Part shown: one piece after another, positions 1 to 12,166 of the stretch
How the letters are laid out: every line of letters starts with the position of its first letter
How positions within the stretch are numbered: the stretch's first letter is position 1
From: Psammoneis japonica
Taxonomy: Eukaryota
Length of the DNA: 64,000 nt
Assembly: GCA_008632985.1 (NCBI GenBank)
Contig: QPGO01000001.1
Location: forward strand, 1,086,404 to 1,150,403
Direction: 5' to 3'
Program-made: the position numbers and the translations under genes
Notes under the pieces: generated by a model
Told to the model about the DNA's origin: nothing
Databases searched by the model: none
Seen by the model: only the letters and a program-made list of their open reading frames with translations

Positions 1-898
1 AGAGTCCTTGATCCTCAGGTGCTTGGAGTGAATCACATTGGAACAAATCTTCTCATTTGGCAGACAAAAAATGGTGTTCCATCTTGAGGCACTGCTCGGA
101 CTGAGCTTCTTCCACTTGGAAATCAATTCCAGCAGAACTGATGCAATTTGTTCCTGTTCATGGAAGAATGTGCAAAGGCACATTGGTTGAAACTTTCACT
201 TTCTACATTTTTGCCTTCTGTGATGTGTGTGCACAATGCACCATGCTCAAAGAACAAGTGCAAACGAAAGCAGAACGGAGTGCAAAAAGTGGAAATTGTG
301 AGAATGAATTTTGCTCTGTGATTTTTGGTTTCTCCGAACAAGTTCTCAATGGCCTGAAGCTTCTGCGCTGCCCCCACAGACAAAAGGCCTTTTGGAGAAT
401 CTGATTGTGACAACAGATGGTCCGAACGCAATTGGCATTGACGCGTGAGATGTCAGCATCATCTGTTGATCACATTTGAAATTTTTGACTTCCGATCAAC
501 TCTGTGTGATTGTTCTGTCCTTTGCATGCATCCACGACTGCGGCACACTTGACACACAAACAATGATGTGCAATCATGTGTGTGCATGCAACAGCCACAT
601 GCTGCAGATGCTGCAGTGATCTCTGTGCCCTTGGTCATGCACAGCTGAATGGTGGTCTTGACAGCTCAGCTCAGCTCCCCATGGAATGTGCTGAGAGTCC
701 CAGCATTGTTTGGAAAAAGTCAGAGAATGATGAGGTTGGCAGAGCTGCACACTTTTGTGAGCTCACTGCTGGTTTTTGCACTTGACTTCATCTGGTGTTT
801 CTGTCTTGCAGCCTCCCTTCTTTGCCTTTCTTTTTGTGCTCAGCAGAAGCCCACCCTCATCCAGATTGCAACACACAGCTGCTGACAAGAGCCAGTGT

Positions 899-1349
899 AT
901 CACGGCGACGTGTCACAGCCTTTAAATGTCACAAAGGGTGTGACAAAAACAACCTTTTGTCTGCATGCATGCTGCATTGTGAATTCACAGCGGAGTGGTT
1001 CATCGCAACCATCAGGCAGGAGGCCAGGGGTTCGAAACCCTGAGTGGGAGTTGTCTGCAGCAACGTTGATCACTGTCGAACGGGTAAAACTCTGTGCAGT
1101 TCTGTGTGTTCCTTCGCACGCACCCACACTGTTCCACCAAAACCGTGCAGTGTCAGTGCACGTCAGTAAAGAGCCGCATGGATGTGCGACACATGGGGAG
1201 GAGTGCAGTGTGCAGCTGCCAATGAGAGCCAATGAATCACGGCGACGTGTCACAGCCTTTAAATGTCACAAAGGGCGTGACAAAAACAACCTTTTGTCTG
1301 CATGCAAAGGGCATGACAAAAACAACCTTTTGTCTGCATGCATGCTGCA
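899..1349. repeat. Direct repeat pair (899-976 and 1236-1349) with a 13-bp hairpin; second copy has an internal 36-bp tandem duplication
   Basis: atcacggcgacgtgtcacagcctttaaatgtcacaaaggg..tgacaaaaacaaccttttgtctgcatgcatgctgca occurs twice; the sub-unit variants are gggTGtgac, gggCGtgac and gggCAtgac. Confidence 0.9.
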
Positions 1350-2049
1350 AGATGCCACAATTTGAATTTGCAGCATTGGCAGCTCTGACTGCATTCCCAA
1401 GGAGGTGATGTGCAATTGGGTGCTTTTTCTGGAAATGTTTGATGCCAAGGAAAAACCCATGATGTGGCAGATGAAGTGGTGAGCCAGACAGAGTCCAGGC
1501 ACACATGAGACCATGTCTGCTGGATGCCGCACAACACATGGGCCATGCTCCAGGATGTGAGGGTGTGCACCCAGCAGCATGGCACACACACACACACACA
1601 TGAGCACAGAGGAGCACAGCTGCTGCTGGGAAGCAGTGTGTGTTGAAACATTGGGCGAGAGATGGCTTTTGAGGACAAACAGACAATGTTGCAGTCAACA
1701 AAACACTGATGACTGTTGAGAATGTGGCAAATTTGTGCTTGCAACTCCTGATGAATTTTGTTCTTGCTCCCACTTTTCAGTTTCTGCACCTGGTTGACAC
1801 AGCAAATGGCCATGACAGCATCAGAAAAGTGTGCTGTGATCCCCACATGGTGAGTTCAGGGACCGGTGAGACTGGAGTGGATTGTTCAGCAAGCCATGAA
1901 AACAGAAGACAAAAAGTGTCAAGGCAGACATGGCATGACACTCAAAAAAGTGGCATCAATCGAAGGTTGAGAAACAGTCTCTGGAGGACATTGCTGCAAG
2001 GCAGCTGTGTCAGTCTGCTGAAAGAGGGTGGTGTGGTGAAATTGTCTCA

Positions 2050-2870
2050 GGCCAGAAGAAACATGGACAAGGGTGCAACTGAGTGTGAAAGCATGAAAGA
2101 TTTGAAGGAGTGGGTGCACAACACCGTTGCCAAGTCACATTCACAGGCAGATGCTTGTGTGAAAACTGTGAAGAAAACAAGCAAGAACATTGGAAGAGTG
2201 CTTGGTCTGGAGATGTGAGGACTGACATCTCTGAGGCAAGAGAACAAACCAGAGAATCCAGAGTGTCCATTGGGTGAAACCACATCAGAGAATGACAAGG
2301 CAATCTGGGAGAAACAATGTGATCACAGCATGAAACAGGACGCAATCTACAAGATGCAGAGGGCAAAGGCATTTGACACAATTGTGAGATGGTGCATGAA
2401 GGCCACACATCACAAGGTCAAAGGAGTGACAGAGTTTGCCATTGGAAGTTTTTAAGTTGATCTTGTTCAACGCAAATGGGAGAATCTGCTCACAGTTTCA
2501 GGCTGCCAAGGCTTGGAAGCAGTTGGCAATCATTTGTCAAGATGAAAGAGAGAGGTGCTTCAAAGCAATTGGCTCACAAGTGTTGTGTTGAGGTGGTGGA
2601 AGGGTCCTCCTTCAGTGGGGTCCTCCCACAGCAGAAATTGCCATGAAAGAAGATGGGCTCAGCATGGATGCTGATGACACCTGGAAGAAAGAAAGAAACA
2701 AGTCATTCATGGTGCTGCCAATGGAAGGTGCCAAGGAACATTTGCACATCTTGAAGGACCTTCACTGGCAGTTTGCACTGGGGGTTGACAATCACCCCAA
2801 TTTGGCCAAGGACAAGAAACCTGAGGATGCAAGATTTGCACAAAATGAGAAGAAGCAGATCAAGTGCTGA
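2050..2870 (+). mobile_element. Degenerate Copia-like gag relic
   Basis: Broken frames read SHSQADACVKT, PECP..DKAIWEKQCD..AKAF and LKDLHWQFALGVDNHP. From memory these resemble diatom Copia gag motifs (QADxYVKT, DNYP) with Tyr->Cys/His changes. No LTRs found. Confidence 0.45.
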
Positions 2871-5800
2871 AAATGCAGAAAGATTGTGAAGAAGGACTCT
2901 CCTTTTCTCAATGGCGATGGCAATCATTTGTCAGCAGAGCAAGGTGAAGTGAGCCATGGGAGTTGATGGAGCAGTTGATGGTGTGGCATTGGATGACATG
3001 GTTTCCAAGTGTCATCCTCCTTGGATCAGTGCAGACAAGGCCAGTTGATTGGCAGCTTGTGCAAAGGAGTGTGTTGGAATGTCAGGGTGCAAGGTGGCTT
3101 TTGGAGAACAGACAAACTGCACTGCAGTGTGGATGGCATGCTGACGACTGTTGAGGACATGGCACAAATTTGTGTTCACAACTCCCGTTGAAGGATGGGT
3201 CTTGCTCTCACTTTTTAGTTTCTGCACCCAGTCGATCTAAGGCATGGGAACGCACAAACCTTCTCTAGAGTGCAAAAGGGTCTGGAGTGAAGAGTTTGTG
3301 ACAACTGCCACAAAGACAGGACAGCTGGCATTCAAAAGCTAGAGTGCTGACATTCGGCACGATGTGACAGCTGGTGTTCTGTGCCCACTGGTGGCGTTTG
3401 ATGCAATGTGATGGACAGCATTCGATGCAATGTGGTGGCCAGTGTTTGACAGCTGGTGCTCGATGCAGCATGACAGCTGGAGTTCCCCAATGGCTTCTTC
3501 AGAACAGTGCCATCTCCTCTAGAGAGGAACTTGAGGATCCACTGTTTTCAGGTGGAGGTTCTTCTCCTGGTGTCCCGTTTCTTGGAGCACTTGCTGCTCT
3601 TGCTTTCTTGGCGTCAATGTCATTTTCTTCTGACAATGCTGCTGCAGCTGAATTAATTCGCTTTTGATGTGGTCGCCCATTCATGGCAAATGTGTCCTCT
3701 GACCCAAGCTGTTAAAGGTGATGACAAAAAATGAAGCAAGCCTCCAGTTGCATGAGCAACCACAATGAAGGAGCTTGGCATCAACAACTTTTGATGATGA
3801 CAACAACACCCGCCCATGACAATGCTGCACACGGTCATGCTCTCAGGCACGCAACAAACAAATGACATGAGCAATGAATTCAATGGATGAAGCCAAATCA
3901 ACGAAGTGTAAATGAAACAGCCAATGGCACGCAATCAAAAAACCACAACACTGCACATAAAACATGACTTTGCACAATGACGACAATGCAAGAGTTCCCA
4001 ACAAAGGTGCCGACACGCCACATCTCTCATGCTGCTGGTTGCACACGGCAGATGCAAGGGTGGAGTGGGCAATTTTCCATCATCACTGCAGCAAGCAGAG
4101 GAAGGAGAGGTCAAATAAAAATGCCAGTGGTGACAGGCTCCTTTTGATGGCAATGTAGAGATGCATGTCTTTGAGCAGGGTGTGATGGGCCGGGCTGCAA
4201 TGGGAGCTGAAGAGGGAAAGAATGGTTGGAGCGCATGACAAAGGGTGTGACTGTCCAAACATGAATCTCTCAGTCTCCATGGAGAGCAAGCATCTTGTTG
4301 AACAGTGTTGACATTAAAAGAGGATGTTGTCAGCCATCACAAGCACTGTGCAATTGGACAAACTGCTCAATCATGTGGTGCACAGGTGTGATGAAAATCA
4401 AAGCCACCAACCAAGTCGCCACTGGTGTGAAGACGCTCTTCATCATTGTCCCTGTTGTTCTGGGTGCACCACTTGAGCCAGCACATCTTGGGTGTTGAAG
4501 AGACTGGACCAACAGGACGTCAGCTCTGCAAAAGTGCTGGTGGGTTCAAGTCTCAATGCAAACATCAGGGGAGTCCAAGCACAAGCACACCCTTGTTCTT
4601 TCTGTGTCAACTCAGACTTGTGAGCACCATCAGAAAAAGCCCCATCCAATGCCAATGAGCCACAACAGCTGCAAAGCTGTCAAGATCAGAGATGCTGATG
4701 TGTGGACTTCTGCTGGCATGCACTTCTGTCTGGGCTGAGCACCTCACAATGACTGGGGGCTCACCACGCTTGGTTGCTGTCAAAAGCTTGCCTGGTTTTT
4801 AGCATCTGATTGACCACCACAGAGCAGCAGTCTTGGCAATGACCAAACAATGGTGGACATTGAGAGGTGCACCAACCATGCACAAAAAAAAAAAAGTGCT
4901 GTTTCTTGTTTGCCACAAACAGAGCTGCCGTCAGCTGCATGAAGAGCACAAACACGGCCAACTGTGCTGGGTGAGACAAGAACAAAAACAGTTTCTGTTG
5001 GCAGCTCTGGGTCATGGAGATGCCAGCTCACGCATCTTGTGGATCAGGAAAAAATTGCTTTCAACCTGGCTGAGAAACATGAGCACTGAGGTTTGGCATT
5101 GTGCCCATCCTTCTGCCACCACCATGCATTTTGTGCAACAAATAACGGAGAACTTCCCCCCTGATGTCTTGCTGCTTCTTTCCTTCTTGCAGTCAGTTGT
5201 TGTGAAGTCCAGTCATTGATCTCAATGCTTGGAGGAGGGCACTGATTTGGTGCTGAATGTGTGCTGATGTGTGCAGAGCAAATGTGCAGGCAACCTGGTG
5301 ACATGTCTGAAGGTTTCTTGCCTGGATGTGAAAATGCACAAAATGGTGGTGATGTGCCAGCTCTTTGCAGCTGTCCCAAGTGATGCATGGATCCACACAG
5401 AAGGGGTGGCCTGGCAGCAGCTCCAACAGGCACAACAACAAATCAGCAGCTGCAGGCAGCTCTTGGCTTGGGGGCAAAAAGAGCTCCATTCGTCAGAAAA
5501 AGATGACTTTGAGCAGCCACTGAGAGACATGTGAAGAGCAAGGAGGCTGCAATCATTCTGGCAACATGCACGGCATCTGCCCCCATTCTTGATGCCAGAC
5601 AGGTGCATTTTGACAATTCATTCCAAGCTGCTAAGCTGAAGGAAGAGCATCAATGCTGCAGCCAGATGCACAACCAAGAGATGTTGCCCCTGACAAGAAG
5701 AAGCCAGGCAATGGAACAAAAAGCTCAAATGCCATCTCTCAAGCAAGTGATTCCACGCAAGCAATGGCTCCAGAGCAAGGACAAGAGCTGATGAAATGAA

Positions 5801-7449
5801 CCCCAAAGATTTCACCACAACAACTTTGGAGTTTGTTGCATCTGCGCTTGTCCTTGCTGGAGTTGTTGCTTGCATAGAAGCACTTGAAGAAAACCTGATG
5901 TCTGAGCTTTCCCACACTCAGGCTTCCCATCATCACAATGTCCTTGGAGTGGAGACTGCACACAGTGGGTTTTGCTCCACCGGCAGAAGGCTGGTGGTCA
6001 CCAAGTTCATCAATGAAAAGAAACCAAACTTGAGCTCTCAAGACAACAGCCAGCAACAGCAGGGGTCATGTGAAACAACGTCATGCCACCAGCTGGCAGA
6101 GGCCACAAGTGGAGTCATGAAGCTCTGCCTGGGGCTGGAGCATGAGTGTCACATTGCAGCAACAAAAGAGGGGCAGTGTAAGTGCTGAATCAGATTTGAC
6201 ACAGCAAGAACATCAGCAGCCATGGTGAACAGCAGAGAGTCTGGTCAGTTGTCTGACAATTTGTGCACAAGACCTGTGCACCACCACAAGCCACTCTAAC
6301 AAAGGGCAAGCATTTACAAGACTTTGTGTCAGCTGGGGCAGAGACAATTTTTTTCTAGCAGAAAACAAAAATGGGAGGAAGAATGTCTGCATGCTTGGTG
6401 CACATTTGAGACAAGAGGTTGTGCGTGAATCTGACTTGTGCTGCAACAAAAATGAAGCTGTGAATGAGCACTTTGCTGCACGCTTGCACATGTGACAGAG
6501 TCACAGAGCTGAAGAGCCATTCACTTGCACGAAGACAAAGTGAGCACCAAAGTCATTCAGCCATGGCTGTGAGAGTTTGCAGAAGCATGCACCAAAGCAT
6601 CTGAAAGGCAACAAATGATGTGTTCTTGGCTTTCTCCATCCCTTTGCCCAATGAACTGTGTTGCTGCAGTGAGCTTTTCTGGTTTGTTCCTTCTTTGACT
6701 TGTCAGCTCTGTCAGAAGAGGGCACAATGGCCAGTGCCACTTGGGGTCTTGGGTTGCCCAGCTGTGGCACCACATCACTGGTTTTGCTTTGTCAGAACCT
6801 TCCTGCATGGTTGAACATTCGAGTGAATTGTTGTCGTCATTGTGTGGGTGTGAATCAAAATGATGCTCACAGTCATTTTCATTGCTGTGCAGAGCCACAC
6901 AGGTGTCAGCTGCAGAAAGAGCACTGGGTTGAAGTTCTGTGTGTGCACATTGTGCAATGACACAAATGTGCACAAGTGCAAATGACGAGAATTGCTGTGG
7001 TTGAAATGGCATCACACTTGCGATTGAACCAGTTTTCAACATGTGTGACAGGTGTTGAACACAGCAGTGTGAGGTGGTGTGCCAGAGTGTGCTCATTCAG
7101 ACAATGTGCATGGGGAGGCCTCTCATTGCCAGCTGACCATGTGAACTGCCTGTTGCCATGGCACTTGTGGAGCATTCTGTCACCTGTCCATGTCCAGTGT
7201 GCAAGTCTCTCACAGTCACCTTGTTTGTCCATGAAGGGCATTGCCCTGTTGTCCTTGCATGGTGGGAAGTGTGGCAGCAGCACCTGCCAGGCTTTGGCAA
7301 CATCAGCCTTGCAGCAGATGCTGACAATGTGCTGCAACATGTGGCATTGCTGATGTCAATGCAAGAGCTTGTTTGGCGCACCATGCAGGTTCATGACTTT
7401 GGAAAACATTGCAATCATGGAAGTGACTTGGACACAGAGAAATGGTGAA

Positions 7450-7830
7450 CTGAGTTGGTCGACATGATGCTCCAGGATGGGAGAACAGCTGTGCTTGGTG
7501 CCATTCAGATTGAAAAACTGCAAGGCCAAGGAAGGGGATGCTTTGGTGAACCAAGTGCAATGGTCAATGGTGCGGACATGTCAAATCCCACTCACATGTT
7601 TTCTCCCAAAGAATGGCAGTGGCTGAGGTTCGATGGTGGTCATGCACATGTCATGCAAGCTTGTGAGTGCATGGCTGGATGAGGCGGTCATGGTTGCAGA
7701 CAACAAGGGTGCAGCAACCCTGAGGATGACAAGTGGCAGGCACACACCAGAGTGCAGAAGAGCTGTCACAACAACAACAAATTCAACACTCAGGCGCTGG
7801 ATGTGGAAGAGGTTGCAACAATGGGAAAGG
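7450..7830 (+). mobile_element. Degenerate Copia-like gag C-terminal relic
   Basis: VNGADMSNPTHMFSPKEWQWLRFDGGHAHVMQACE resembles the NGVDxSxPxRxFxxxEW motif I recall from diatom Copia gag. Confidence 0.4.
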
Positions 7831-8277
7831 TGACAGGCACAGAGCAGGGCTATTGGGGCAGTGCTTGTGCGTGCACTCTTGATGGTTTGGGATGACAGTT
7901 GTCAGCATTGTCTGCATGTCACACAAATGTGATTGTTTGTCTTTGCTGTTGCTGCTCATGCTGTCTCAACCCCATCCAAACAATGTCAAGAGAAGTTTCT
8001 GGCAGAGTCTTGGCAACCTCCAAAAGATTGTGGTGCAGTTGATCAATGCCATGGCAACTGTGAACAATGCAGTCCCAGGTCATGTGTCTTGAAATGAATG
8101 TCTTTTCTTCAACCCATCTGGGTTCTTTGTGATTTCCGTTTTCTGGGTCTTCCCTGCTCCAGCTCCAACAGAACACAGCTGAGAATGCACCACAGCAAGA
8201 AGAATTTTTTCAGTGTGGGGCACCATTTCTGGTTCACTGCAGCTGATCCCATGTCACCAAATGCTCAACAAGAACAA

Positions 8278-8419
8278 TGAGGGACTGCTCAGGTCTGCCT
8301 CATCGTCCGCTGTGTCTGTCCTGTCTCTGCTAGTAGCTCTCTAGCTAGCCACTGCCAGTGGAGTAGAGGCTCTTCTTCCACATCTGCGCATCTGTCCGTC
8401 GATCGATCGCGCGATAACA
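8278..8419. mobile_element. Possible solo/terminal LTR (142 bp)
   Basis: TG...CA bounded. The reverse complement shares ggacaga and cagtccc motifs with the LTRs at 29532 and 33004. No TSD seen. Confidence 0.35.
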
Positions 8420-8640
8420 ATTCCAAGAGCTCGGCCGCCCACAAGAGATGATTCTTAATTGGTCGCGAGTGGTGCATTGCGCTTGTCATCCGGAGCTACG
8501 TAGAATCTTACGTTGCTTTCAGTACCAAAATTCCAAAATCTCGCTCTGCAACGCGTCGCACAAACACGAAGACGCTGTTGCGGTGAGAAAAACAGCAACG
8601 ACGGCATAGCCGCAATCAGCAAGCGTACAAAAAGCTTACC

Positions 8641-9373
8641 ATGGCTGCACCTCCTCCACAGAGCTTCCCATATGACCACTTGTTCAAAATATTGATTATT
8701 GGTGATGCAGGCGTTGGAAAGGTAAACTTATGCCATGTCAAAAGCACGTAAAACTTTTGAGGAGAAAACCGCAGAAAAAACTCCCCGACTCACTCTCTCT
8801 CCCTTTGTTTCAGTCTTCCATGCTGCTTCGATTTACAGATGACTCGTTTGATGAACACATTCAGAGTACGATTGGTGTTGATTTCAAGGTGAAGCATTTG
8901 GATGTCATGGGCAAACGCGTCAAGCTTACGATTTGGGACACGGCGGGCAGGAGCGCTTTCGCACACTCACTTCCTCGTATTATCGCGGAGCACACGGAGT
9001 CGTTTTGGTGTACGATGTGACTCGTACGGATACGTTTGAGAACCTCCAACAGTGGCTTAAGGAAGTCAATATGTATTCTCCCAACAATGGTGAAGCCGTT
9101 GTGAAGCTCTTGGTGGGAAATAAGATTGATTTGGACCGCAAAGTTTCGAGGGAAGAAGCGGAGGCTTGGGCGAGGAGTCAAGGAATGCTCTTTTTGGAAG
9201 CGTCGGCAAAAACGAAATTGGGTATTCGGCAGTGCTTTATGGAAGTGGTTCAAAAGATTCTGGAGGATCCTGACTTGTTAGCGAATACTGTACCGGGAAG
9301 GCCAAAGATGCAATTGAAACCAAACAGGCCGATTCGAGGTGTCGATGACGATGATGACGGTGGATGTTGTTGA
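8641..9373 (+). CDS. RAB18: Rab18-family small GTPase; exons 8641-8721 and 8814-9373; 1-nt frameshift at about 8947
   Basis: [68 protein letters not shown] and a C-terminal GGCC prenylation motif; GT-AG intron 8722-8813. Confidence 0.93.
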
Positions 9374-9428
9374 TAGAGAATAGCATAATCGGGGTGGTTA
9401 GTAGTAAGTCCGAAGGAAGGAGAATGTT

Positions 9429-10694
9429 TTAAATATCTGGTTCTTCTTCGTCGTCTGACGATTCAAAATCTGAAAGGTCAACGTCATCTTCATCACCAAA
9501 CAAGTCTTCATCGACGTGATCCAGATTATCTGGTATCTCGTCATCTTCGTCATCGGTACTCTCCTCTTCGAGTTGATCGGCAGCCGCTTCGATTGCTTCC
9601 AAATTCAACAAACCACCCGTCTTGCTGAATTGCTGAAATCCCGTCAATCGATCGCTCTTATCCACAATCTTTTCCTTTTTGTTTTTGGATGATGATTTAC
9701 CTTGTTCCTCTTGTTGTTGCTGCTTTTTCAGCTCCTCCATTTCGGCTTCAAAGCGTTTCTTCCATTCCTTGAACGTCTCAGGATTGCAGGGTGTGCCTTC
9801 TTCTCGGCGTTTTCGGACGGCAATCTCTTCGAGTTCTGCCTGTGTCATGGTTTCTTCCTTTTTCTGAGATTCAAATTGCATTTGAGCCAGTGCCTGTATT
9901 GTTACAGAAATGCGAAACAAAAATAGAGACAGAGAGTGAGTTGTTGCACTGGTTATTATCCCGTCGAATCAGTTCCGATTGTACAAGAACGCCTCGACGG
10001 CGCACTTGAAACACATGGATGATAACAGCGACAGGATCTTGACCGTGCAAATTACTTAGTGTTGCGCATTTGAGAAAAACGTGCCAACCACACCAAGGAG
10101 TAGCAGCCGCACAAAATAATCTACGTTATGCGCTCGTAATAAAATGGAAAACTTTGCGAAAGTTTCGTACGCACCTTTGTTTTTTCTGCCTCTTTTTGCT
10201 TTCTCATCATTTGCGCATGCATGGAGGCATCGTCTAGTCCTTTTACGTTGTTATCATTTAACCATTCTCGCAAGGCTTCGCAAACAGCAAAAATAGCAGG
10301 CATTCCCTCGTTTGCTTGTGCTTCAGTGTTGGCCAGTTCGACCAGCTCTGTCTCATGCTCCTTCGCAAGGCCCTGAGAATAATAACGAGTTCAAGACAAT
10401 TCAGCGTCTTGATTTTCGATTCATCCCAAAACCACCGCATAGCAAGATCCTTACCTTTACAATTTCAATCTCAAATTCGGGAAGCTCTTGTTCGGGGTAA
10501 TTTAACGGGATTTTGCAAAGGAGTTTGACGGCTACATGGTTTTGCGCTTCCTCCTCCTCCTGGTCACCACCGCAATCGACCGGCACCAAACGCACAGACC
10601 ATTCAAAGGGTTGTTGATCGTTTACGACTTGAAAGGCGGTATCAAAAATGGCAGCCAAGGCCTCAGCCTCCATTTCTTGTTCTTCGCTAGACAT
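9429..10694 (-). CDS. RWDD1: RWD-domain / DRG-family regulatory protein (RWDD1/Gir2-like); exons 10694-10455, 10372-10175, 9893-9429
   Basis: EEQEMEAEALAAIF, YPEQELP and GMPAIFAVCEALREWL (RWD domain); GTPCNPETFKEWKKRFEAEM...RLTGFQQF (DFRP C-terminal motif); acidic tail; two phase-0 GT-AG introns join the frames. Confidence 0.85.
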
Positions 10695-12166
10695 GATTTG
10701 AGTATGTGCGGTTTTAAGCGGACGACAGGTTCACACAATAAGCCAACTCCAGTAGAGGGTACTCAACAGAGTTTCTTTTTTGTGGGTGGTGCGGTGTCGG
10801 CTGTCGGCTATTGTCTGTTGTCGGTCGGCTAACAGTGTGCGCGGTTTTCGCGCTTCTCAGTTGTCTCTCGTTCTCAGTTCCCATCGCAGCTCGTCTCTCT
10901 CAGAGCCAGAAATCTTCTGAGCGCATGCAACAAAGACAACAACACAGCAAGTGGCTGATGAGAAGTCGCCCCCCTCCACTCTGATTGTTCTCAGAGGTTG
11001 AAAAGACCTCGAAGAAAGCTGCTGAGCTGTGACACGAGAGAGTGCTTTGATCATGCACCGCACATTGTTGCACACCACACGCAGCTGATTTCTGCAAGCA
11101 TCGTCTGAAGAAAACACCTGGGGCAAACAAGAAACAACAATGTGCTTCAAGTGTGAAAGAGCTTATGCATCCACAAAAAAATGCCTCTTTTTTCTGTTGG
11201 CATTTGACAGCACATGTGACAATTTTCTGCAGAGCTTGTGCCCAGAGTTCTCTCTTGTGGGCCCGGTGTCACATGTGGACATCTGAAGAAGAGCGCTGGG
11301 TGTCATGCCAGTGCAGTCAGCCCAGTGCCAAACATGCAAAAAAAATTTTGTGTCATTTTCACATGATGTGCATCAAGACCACAGCATGTGCATGATGCCC
11401 AGCGTGAGGCTGTTGGCATCAGACGAGCATGCACAGGGCCCCACACAGCAAGTCTCTGGGTGTCTTCCAGCCTGCTCATGGCTGCACACTGGCAGATCAT
11501 CAGGAAACACCAAAGGTTCTGCTTGACAATTGAGAGCTTTAAGGAGCTGATGGAGCTTCCTCTCTTGAGTGCTGTGACTCACAGCCCTGAGCGCCACATT
11601 TTCTTGCTCGCCTGAGCTTTGCACAGCTGCACAGCCCCCTCTTGCTGCAAATGATTTTTTTTTGTCAAAATCAAGAAAATCTGTGATGGCTTGAGCTGTG
11701 ATGTCAAAGCAAACACTTTGTTGACTGGCTGCACTTGTGTCTCTCTCAGCACAGAGGAAACGCATGTTGAAACACATTGCCGCCAGCCCTCAAAGTGCAC
11801 AACCACACCACACCTTCAGTGCACACAGATGGATGTTTTTGGGCTCGCAAATGGTTCAGTTGTTGCACAGTTGTGAAGAATTCACAGGTTGTGAGTGAGT
11901 TTCCAATTGCACCGAGCATTGAAGGAATCAGTTTCAATGGTTCAACAGTGAGAGACCAGAGCTTGAACACCCATTGGACACAGCGCGACATTGCCGCAGA
12001 GTGACAACTCTCGGGTGACACTGCGCGATGACGACACGCAGTGCTCCCCGCCAAAGCGCTGTGAACTAAAGTAGAAAACGCTGTAGCGAGGCAGAAAAGA
12101 TCTTAGGCCTGCTTGCATGTAGGCACTGCATCACAAATGCTGTGACAGGTTTTGATCAATCCTATC

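Noticed and set aside
1..8270. Numerous 60-200 aa Cys/His-rich ORFs as real genes or zinc fingers
   Set aside because: They overlap in all frames and reflect TG/CA saturation and loss of TAA/TAG.
8940..8955. Rab18 pseudogenisation or programmed frameshift
   Set aside because: Single-base loss at a G run in an otherwise intact gene; similar G-run indels at about 13200, 43452 and 45925 point to long-read assembly error.
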